Shown here: positions 55,052 to 64,000 of the stretch, in pieces
How the letters are laid out: each line of letters opens with the position of its first letter
Position numbering within the stretch: position 1 is the stretch's first letter
From: Octopus vulgaris
Taxonomy: Eukaryota
Assembly (NCBI GenBank): GCA_951406725.2
Contig: OX597832.1
Location: forward strand, 23,622,001-23,686,000
Reading direction: 5' to 3'
Length of the DNA stretch: 64,000 nucleotides
Position numbers and translations under genes: made by a program
Notes under the pieces: generated by a model
Database searches by the model: none
The model's input: only the letters and a program-made list of their open reading frames with translations
What the model was told of the DNA's origin: nothing

Positions 55052-56083
55052 ACCAATTTATCAACCATTATTATGACTCTCTTATTCTATTACGTTTATG
55101 GTGCATTGTGTTAATTACTCCTATTTTCATTCTACTTCATTAATTTGGTTTCTCTTAGGAAGTGGCTTAATGAATCAACCTAACTTAATGGATCAACCAA
55201 ATTGTCTAAGTGATATTTTTCTATTTTTGCTTTCCGGTTATATTCTTATCTCATATTACCTCGCCATATTTCAAATAATTATAAGCAGAATTTCTCTTTC
55301 TACATTTAACAACAGTACTTAAAGAAAACTCTATTAAGAATGGTTGAGATATATAACATATATATTTCTTTACTACCCACAAGGGGCTAAACATAGAGGG
55401 GACAAACAAGGACAGACAAAGGGATTAAATCGATCACATCGACCCCAGTGCGTAACTGGTACTTAATTTATCGACCTCGAAAGGATGAAAGGCAAAGTCG
55501 ACCTCGGCGGAATTTGAACTCAGAACACTTAACGGCAGACGAAATACGGCTACGCATTTCGCCCGGCGTGCTAACGTTTCTGCCAGCTCGCTGCCCTATA
55601 TATAATATATGTTATATATATAACATATATGTAGGTATATATTTCTGTCTTTTACTTCTTTCAGTCATTTGACTGTGGCCATGCTGGAGCAAATCGACCC
55701 CAGGACTTATTCTTTGTAAGCCTAGTACTTATTCTATAGGTCGTCATTTTGCCGAAACGCTAACTTACGGGGACGTAAACACACCAGCATCGGTTGTCAA
55801 GCGATGTTGGGCGGGGGACAAACATAGACAGACAAACATATACACACACGCATACATACATACGTATATATACATATATACGACGGGCTTCTTTCAGTTT
55901 CCGTCTACCAAATCCACTCACAGGGCTTTGGTCGGGCCGAGGCTATATTAGAAGACTGAACCCGGAACCATGTGGTTGGTAAGCAAGCTACTTACCACAC
56001 AGCCGTTCCTACGCCTATATATATATATGTAAATATCGGTTTTCAAGCGATGGTAGGGGACAAACAGAAACACACAAGCATAC

Positions 56084-56137
<54 letters not shown>

Positions 56138-56567
56138 GATGGGCTTCTTTCAGTTTCCCTCTACCAAATCTACTAACAAGTCTTTGGTCGGCCCGAGGCT
56201 ATAGCAGAAGACACTTGTTGCCCAGGGTATCACGCAGTAGCACTGAACCCGGAACCATGTGGTTGGTAAGCAAGCTACTTACCACACAGCCACTCATTTT
56301 AAACACACAGGCATCATTAATTGATTTTTCAACAGACTACTGACACATCACAATTTACGCTTCTTTATCAATAACCAGATTTACGAAACATCGGAAACTT
56401 CCTTCTTCCTTTTTATTTGAGAGCTTCAACACTTCTGCTAAAACAAGTAGTTTGTTTAAATGCTTTTCGCTAACATATCCTACTTGCATTTATAAACTAT
56501 TGATATCGTTTAGTTTTCGCCTATACAAAAATATGTAATTTCCAATTTGTCATTTTTAATGTTAATT

Positions 56568-56672
<105 letters not shown>

Positions 56673-57242
56673 CTTTGCTTTGTTTTGCCTTTATGTCATA
56701 ATATCTTTTAAAAATTCAGAAAAACTGCTCCTCTCCACTTAATGTCGTCATCCATAATTGTTCCGAGTTGTTTCTTAACCACTTTACTCCGACGATTCGT
56801 AAGACGGAACTATATATCTGTCATAAGTAATTTAAATGTTAGCACCAACAGAAATTTATAAGCCATACAGTACTTCCTTACATAGTTCTATTGCCTTCTT
56901 TTTATTCATTTATTTATTGAAATCTATCATTGAGTGTTTTAACTAGTTGTCATTAAATGTACGTATGTGTAAACGTGCATCAGCGGTCGTATGTTTATGT
57001 ATATATATATACTGACAGATTTAATTGCACGAGTACTTGACGTCGATGTCAGTTTGTATATCGATCTTATACTTACATTTTATCGTTCATTTAATATATC
57101 TCAAATATATCACTATAGACAAGATAAAGTGGTTAAGTTAGAGGTAAAAACTGATCCTTGTCGAATCAAAATATATTCCAAACAGATTTTTTTTCTTTCT
57201 CCTTATTTTTCTACATCCTGTCCCAATTCTTCAATTTCTCTG

Positions 57243-57277
57243 ATTCTGATGAAGGACTACCATCTGAAACGTCAAGA
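57243..57277 (+). ncRNA. Minimal hammerhead motif of Penelope type
   Basis: CTGATGA-AGGACTACCATCT-GAAACGTC, with a palindromic ACGT helix III. Confidence 0.55.
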
Positions 57278-58117
57278 TACTTTCCCTTCGTCTTAAGCGT
57301 TAGACTAATAGATCCGTTAAGCCTTGTTGCTCTCATGCTGTCTTCTTTTTTTATATCTGTGTGTGTGTGTCTGCGTGTATGTGTCTGCGTGTGTGTCTCT
57401 GTGTGTGTGTGTGTGTGTGTGTGCGTGCGTGCGTGTACCTATACATAATTCATTTTTATTCCATACTTTCAATGCTGTTTGACACTGGCACGAACCATAA
57501 ATAAAATCATGGAATTTTTCAGCATCTCTTTTATTAATGATAACTTGCAACGTTTTATGAATGGTTCTAAATGCTATTCACTTCCAGAGAAAAGAAATCT
57601 ACTAAATATGTATTTATAACATGACAACCAAAAAAAATATACCAGACTTGCACAGAACCAGATATTAATGATGGTCAAAGATCTCCAAAGTCTACATAAT
57701 GCCATTATTGAATGACGTTATAAAGCAACTTTTCAGATTCTGCAATATAATGTTTGCTCTTCGCTCCCTCCATCAGTATATTCCTTAAGTACTTTTATGC
57801 CAAAATGCTTTCTTTTTGTTTGTTAGTACGTAATCCGAAAGGTGCACGTAATCCGAAAGGTGAACAGGTCTGAATGCAAAATTCTTTTATTCTTTTACTT
57901 GTTTCAGTCATTTGACTGCGGTCATGTTGAGGTAGCGCGTTTAGTCATGCAAATCGACCCCAGGACTCATTCTTTGTAAGCCTAATACTTGTTCTATCCG
58001 GGCCTTTTTTGCCTAACCGCTAAGTTACGGAGACGTACACGCACCAGCATCGATTGTCAAGCGATGTTGGGGGAACAAATAAAGACACACAAACATGTAC
58101 ACACACACACAAACAAA

Positions 58118-58164
<47 letters not shown>

Positions 58165-58185
58165 GCACACACACACACTTACGCG

Positions 58186-58225
<40 letters not shown>

Positions 58226-58407
58226 CCTGCTCGCTTAGCCAGCAGGGTGGCGTCATTTGAAGGCTAAAACAATGCGAAGCGCATTGTGACCAGCGATGTC
58301 GGTCACGGTGATCACGGTGATATATATATATATACAAGTATAAAATTTTCAGAGTGAGATAAAAATACAAGGCTGTGAAAGATTTTAGAACATTTATAAA
58401 TAGGGCT

Positions 58408-58447
58408 TACAGCTGTTTCCGGGATATTTTATATATCCCTTCATCGG
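58408..58447 (-). ncRNA. Degenerate Penelope-type hammerhead motif
   Basis: The minus strand reads CCGATGA-AGGGATAT...ATATCCCG-GAAAC-AGCT-GTA, with one core substitution. Confidence 0.5.
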
Positions 58448-58851
58448 AGACGGTGTGAGAAAATGGTTAAGCAATAGTTAATTTAGATAAGATATGAAAT
58501 AGAGAGTGAAGTGAAAGAATGAAAATAGATGTGAGATATGCAGGGATATGGCATCTGTATATCCATCATCTCGGCAGAATGGTATAGATATAAGATTCCA
58601 GTACCTTGTGAGTAAGTTCCAATAGTATTTAAAATTGGTCATTCTAAGTATAGAGTTTGTACACAGTGCTATTGAATCGAGGGTTTAAATAAAACCCTCG
58701 ATTCAATAACAGGTTTTTGGGGCTGCTCTAAGTTGTGCCGATATAATATAGGGTAAATATAATAATAACAAAAATCTATGGATAGTATTCATAATTATTT
58801 TAAAGCATCGCCGTGCGCGGTAATTTGAAGAAATGCGCGTAGCGATGTATT

Positions 58852-58892
<41 letters not shown>

Positions 58893-59474
58893 CGTGTGTG
58901 TGTGTGTGTCTGTGTATGACGGGTTTCTTTTTGTTTCTGTCCACCACATTCACTCAAAGAGTTCTAGTTGGCCTGGGGTTCTAGTAGAAGTCACTTGCCC
59001 GAGGTGCCGCGAAGATGGAAAGAAGTTAAGGCCATATAATTTAGAAGCATGCTTTTTAGCCACACGGCCGTGCCTGTTCCTGGAACATCTTTTTTTATGA
59101 AACTATTTACTAAAAATATTTTGTAACGCGTAAAATCATATTAAGCTTCATTAAAATCATTTTTAGCTCATATTCGAGTAAAATGGCGAATTCAGCCAAT
59201 CAATTTCTTGTGGTACTACAGAGATTATCATTTTCACGTATAAAACACATATCAAAATGCAACAGAACCAAATAAGAAAAATGATCTAATATTTCCGCTA
59301 ACAGTGTATATATCGCTGGCAATTTGTCAAATTCTATAATAACATATTTGATCTTTGCCTCTTGTCTCTTCACATATATATTTTTTATGTGTTCTTATCC
59401 AAAAACTGTCTTACTAAATCGATGTATGCACTTGAAATAACACTAGATTAAAATAAAGATGTGAAAAATAAAGA

Positions 59475-59890
59475 TAGGCGCAGGAGTGGCTGTGTGGTAA
59501 GTAGCTTGCTAACCAACCACATGGTTGCGGGTTCAGTCCCACTGCGTGGCATCTTGGGCAAGTGTCTTCTGCTATAGCCCCGGGCCGACCAATGCCTTGT
59601 GAGTGGATTTGGTAGACGGAAACTGAAAGAAGCCTGTCGTATATATGTATGTATATATATATATGTGTGTGTGTGTGTGTATTTGTGTGTCTGTGTTTGT
59701 CCCCCTAGCATTGCTTGACAACCGATGCTGGTGTGTCTACGTCCCCGCCACTTAGCGGTTCGGCAAAAGAGACCGATAGAATAAGTACTGGGCTTACAAA
59801 GAATAAGTTCCGGGGTCGATTTGATCGACTAAAGGCGGTGCTCCAGCATGGCCGCAGTCAAATGACTGAAACAAGTAAAAGAGTAAAAGA
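59475..59890 (+). mobile_element. tRNA-type SINE group A, full-length example with an internal (TA)/(TG) microsatellite and an (AAAAGAGT)n tail
   Basis: A-box-like TGGCTGTGTGG, B-box-like GGTTCAGTCCC and CTTGGGCAAGTGTCTT. Other copies or halves lie at about 1676-1800, 4473-4690 with 5381-5533, 7790-7950 with 8660-8882, 27930-28105, 34010-34460, 38503-38890, 40690-41070, 44350-44515, 54207-54370, 55655-56295, 57885-58100 with 58915-59075, and 62870-63297. Confidence 0.9.
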
Positions 59891-62251
59891 GAGAGAGAGA
59901 GAGAGTATGTGTATATATCGTTTATAGTATAAGCTAATAACGTAGAATACTACAAGTATTTTCCCCCCAGAGGTTTTCTGCTTTTAGATTTTTTTTTATA
60001 TATTCAACACACATATGGTTCTGAAAGGCGTATGTAGACCATCAGACGTCGTTGTTTAGATTTAGTATCGTCTCCTCAATGACGGATATCTTCGGCTATT
60101 CCGAGTTATGTTCCTGTGTAGACAATAGCAAAATCAAACACAGGCTGCGTTGAGCGGAAGCTGTCTAGGCTTCCTATGAATCGATATGCTCACTGGAAAC
60201 AGCATTAGGTTAAAATGAATAGGCGTATATGATTATATCATTTATAGGGTATACACAAACGAAGAAAGAAACTAGATGTGGGTTTTTTTTTAATATTTGT
60301 TCCGGAAAACATATTAGAATTAATATTATTTTTATATATATGAAAGGTATAGATGAAAGGTTGGAGCTCAACAGATTTGAACTCAGATGGGCGAAATTCT
60401 AATAAAAATAAAACTTGCCGATAAAATAAAGCTCCTGTCTGGAACTTGTGGTAACTGTCTCGACTAACACTCTCCACTCAAAATTGAAGCGGGTTTTTTT
60501 TTTTGCCTAAATTACAAACAATTTTTAAGAATTAAATATTTTGCACTATAAACAAATCTTATCACCATAGCATGATACAAATTAAGAACCCGTTGGCATG
60601 TAATAAAATAAAAGTTCCAGCATGGCCGCAGTCAAATGACTGAAACAGATAAAGAGTATATAGTCAAGAATTTGTAGTAGTGAAGTGGAATCAATCGATT
60701 ATATCGACTCCAGTACATGACTGGTACATTTTTTAACACGGCGGGATAAAAGATAATGGTTAATCTCGTTGGGATTTGAAACGACAGAAATGCTGAAAGA
60801 CATTTTATTCAAAGCTGAAATGATAATTCTAATCCACTTCTAAAGAAAGACTGCAAATAAGATGATTTTTACAGGTAGAAATACAGAAATTCTTTGTAAG
60901 ATTAATAATAATTGGTCTCAAATTTTGGCACAAGACCCGCAGGTTTTGAGGAGGGAATAATTCGATTACTTCGATCCCAGTGTTCAACTGGTACTTATTT
61001 TATTGACCCCGAAAGGATGAAAGGCAAAGTCGACCTCGGCAGAATTTGAACTCAAAGCGTAAAGACGGGTGGAATGCTGCTAATCATTTTGTCCCGCGGG
61101 CAAACAATTCTACGAGCTCGTAGCCTTTTCGGCGGGTTCTTATTAAAAACCGATTAATACTTTCATATATCCAGTGTTTCAATCACATATTAAACCGATC
61201 TATGTCCAGCGTTGATGTAAATACTGAACGAATTTTTTTTTTTTTCTCTGAAAATGAGGTCAATATTTTCTCCAAAAATATAATCTTATTAACAACTTAT
61301 TTCAGACATTTAAGCATTTATTCTCGATAAAAAAATTACCAATTAAGAAATCCTTAAGTGGCACTGTTCTTTCTTCAAGCTATACAGGTGGAAGACTGTA
61401 GATTCCAGCGCTAGAGGTAAACAAATAAACAAAACCACTTGCCAATTAATTCTACAGCCTAACCATTTCTTTCAGAGATAATCTCTGTCACGTGATAATT
61501 CTTTTCGGTTGAATGGATCGAGTCGTTGACAGTCAAATGATTTCGACTTAAATACAATACAGCCCCGAGAAACAATATACGCGCATTCTGATCAACATTT
61601 TGTCTCATTAATCGCCTATAGTAACATCATCGCTTAGTTTAACTTAATTAGGGAGTTCCATAAATCAGAGTTCCTTAAAACTTATTACTGGCAAAAAAGA
61701 TAATGGCCTACCAAAAAAAAAAATCCTAGAGCACTGCGAAATAAGGCGCCTGTTAATAAAACTTAATAAAAATGGATTTTTATTTTTTAAAAATACGCTA
61801 TTTGCTATTTTCTAAATAATAAATCATTTTATGGTGTTATTGTCATTTTATAGGAAAACATTTTCTGAAACAGTTTTTTTAAATTTCATTTAATGTTTTA
61901 TTTGAATTGAAGCAGCAGAGGCTGAACATAAAATATTGTTAAAGCGTACACAATTTTTTTTTAAAATCGTATGAGGGTTCCATAACAAAATATGTTTGGG
62001 GAAACATATCGATTAATCATTGATCTCTGGATGCCATATCGCCCCCATTGAATGCAAAAGGGAAAGCCAACTTGAAAGAACATATCTCTCTTCAAACATA
62101 CAAGAGTTATTGAACTCGGCGCTATTTCAAGAGCCCACATTAATTCATTTCTAGCCTGGGTAGCTATTTACTCACAAATGAGTAAATATTTTGTTTACCG
62201 TTTTCGATATCGGAGGAAGCGTTTTCGGTATCGCTCGGAATATCCGGGTTA

Positions 62252-62298
62252 TTCGTTCCTGAGGAGACCAAATAATGTCGAAACATCGTGTCCAGCGA
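62252..62298 (+). ncRNA. Type I hammerhead ribozyme motif, unit 1 of a 240-bp tandem dimer
   Basis: CTGAGGA (62259-62265), stem II GAC/GTC, GAAAC-ATCGT-GTC (62280-62292), and an imperfect stem I TCGTT/AGCGA. Confidence 0.65.
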
Positions 62299-62491
62299 TC
62301 CACTGACGTTCAAATCGAATCTCAGTTTGTAACCCACAAGTGTCTTCGAGAAATTTTCTCTGTGACAAAATATTACAGCTAATTCTGGTCCACGTTTATA
62401 TACATAGTTTTTTCACAAATCTGTAAATGTTTTGTTTACGATTTCTGTATCGAAACAAGCATTTTCAGTTTAGCTTAGAAAACCTAGAGTA

Positions 62492-62538
62492 TTCGTCACT
62501 GACGAGACTGAATTATATCGAAACAGTGTGTCCGGGCA
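62492..62538 (+). ncRNA. Type I hammerhead ribozyme motif, unit 2 of a 240-bp tandem dimer
   Basis: CTGACGA (62499-62505), stem II GA/TC, GAAAC-AGTGT-GTC (62520-62532). Stem I is poor. Confidence 0.55.
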
Positions 62539-62973
62539 TTCTATTGACGTTCTGAGCGAAGCCGTGTGTCTTTAACACACAAATCCCTTTCAGAAGTTTT
62601 TCTAAGGCAAAATATTCCAGCTAGTGCCGTATCGAGTTTGTATACATATTATTAATGTTATACAAACCCTTATATAATAACTCATACACCAATCTCACAG
62701 TAAAGTCGTCAGTCGTTTTTTATACTGTAGTATGTGTCTATAACTAACTAGACAGATTGAATCATCTGTCTTAAACATAAACATGGCTTATTGCTTAAGA
62801 TAGGACTCGAACTGACATTTCCTGTGCTTGTTTGGCAGTATATTGACCCTAATATTTATTTTTTAAACCTGGTATTTATTCTATCGGTCTCTTATGCACT
62901 GCTAAGTTAGGAGAGACATAAACAAACCAACAACAACTTATAGCGGTTGGGGGACAAAGACAATCACAGAAAT

Positions 62974-63010
<37 letters not shown>

Positions 63011-63335
63011 CATACATACATACAAACATACATACATACATACATACATACATACATACATACATACATACATACATACATACATACACAAACACACATA
63101 TATATAAATATGAATATACGATAGGCTTCTACGCAGTTGCCGTCTCCCAAATTTACTCACAAGGCATTCGTTGGCCAGGAGCCGACGAAGGAATTAAATG
63201 CAAGACACTTGCCCAAGGTACCACATAGTGGGATCGAACCCGAAACAACCACGATGCAAAGTGGAGTTCCATAACAACACAGCCACTTTTGCACCTGTGT
63301 TAAAAGATTAAAGGGAGATAAATTTCTGAACTTAC

Positions 63336-63662
63336 CTTAACTGGTACACAGATTAAGATAACCAGTAGATCGGCAGACGACAGGCTGAGCAGAAAGACAT
63401 TTGTAATGTTCCTCATGTGACGGTATTTCAGAATGGTAAATATAACCAGGAAATTGCCAAACAGACCGAACACGTAGACCAGTCCGTATATAAGAGAGAC
63501 AGGAATCAACTCCTTGAGTGGTAAATGGTTAACAGAAGTATTATAGTCGTAAATGTAGATGTAATCCTCACTATCATTGCTCTTATCCTCTATTTCCAGG
63601 GGTTCCGTGCTTAAGGTTGGCAACACCGAAGAGGTGGTTGTACTAACGTTTAAAAATATCAT
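63336..63662 (-). CDS. First coding exon of a rhodopsin-like (class A) neuropeptide-type GPCR: N-terminus, TM1, ICL1, TM2
   Basis: ATG at 63662 gives MIFLNVSTT... with N-glycosylation sequons NVS, NDS and NTS. TM1 is LIPVSLIYGLVYVFGLFGNFLVIFTI (GNxLV motif), ICL1 is KYRHMRNITN and TM2 is VFLLSLSSADLLVILICVPVK (LxxAD motif). The frame reaches a canonical AAG|GTAAGT donor at 63335-63330 after 109 codons (phase 0). The ligand subfamily cannot be assigned from this exon alone. Confidence 0.92.
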
Positions 63663-64000
63663 ACTTTTTTCTTTAGTGAGTTTGTAGTTTCGCCCCTTTA
63701 AATCCAAACAAAGTTGCAGCTATATGAATTGTAATGGCGGTGTTGTTTTCGACGACTTTTGAGTATTTTGTTAGATACTCTGCTTAACAACGGGAAACTT
63801 TATAGTTGTGAGTTGTTAGTAGTTTTGTTTTATTTATGTTCCAACAAATTGATTTATTAACTTCACTGATTGATTTATGTGTTTAAGCATTTATTGATTG
63901 ATCGACCAATTAAAAAAAATGGTAAAAAATGAAAATATGTAAACCGAAACTTGAAAAACAAAATGACAGCCAATACTTGGGTTACTCCTTGTATACCAAC

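Overview
AT-rich, extremely microsatellite-dense animal DNA. The SINE repertoire and the (TA)n/(GATA)n/(CA)n load resemble an octopus (coleoid cephalopod) genome; this assignment is an inference. The only convincing host coding sequence is the first coding exon (N-terminus, TM1, TM2) of a class A neuropeptide-type GPCR on the minus strand at 63336-63662. It ends at a GTAAGT donor, and I recognised no later exon, so most of the window may be one large intron or intergenic DNA. The rest consists of three abundant tRNA-type SINE groups (some in tandem multimers), truncated LINEs (RTE, Tx1/L1, CR1/L2, R4/Dong-like), mariner relics and a hAT-type non-autonomous element. Almost all ORFs in the track are microsatellite artefacts. 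The most interesting layer is non-coding. It includes several long palindromes, one with a complete type I hammerhead ribozyme (HHR) motif in each arm; many Penelope-type HHR motifs sitting in (TA)n tracts, often inside SINEs; and a diverged 240-bp tandem dimer with one HHR per unit that resembles a non-LTR retrozyme. Coordinates were counted by eye, and repeat boundaries are approximate.
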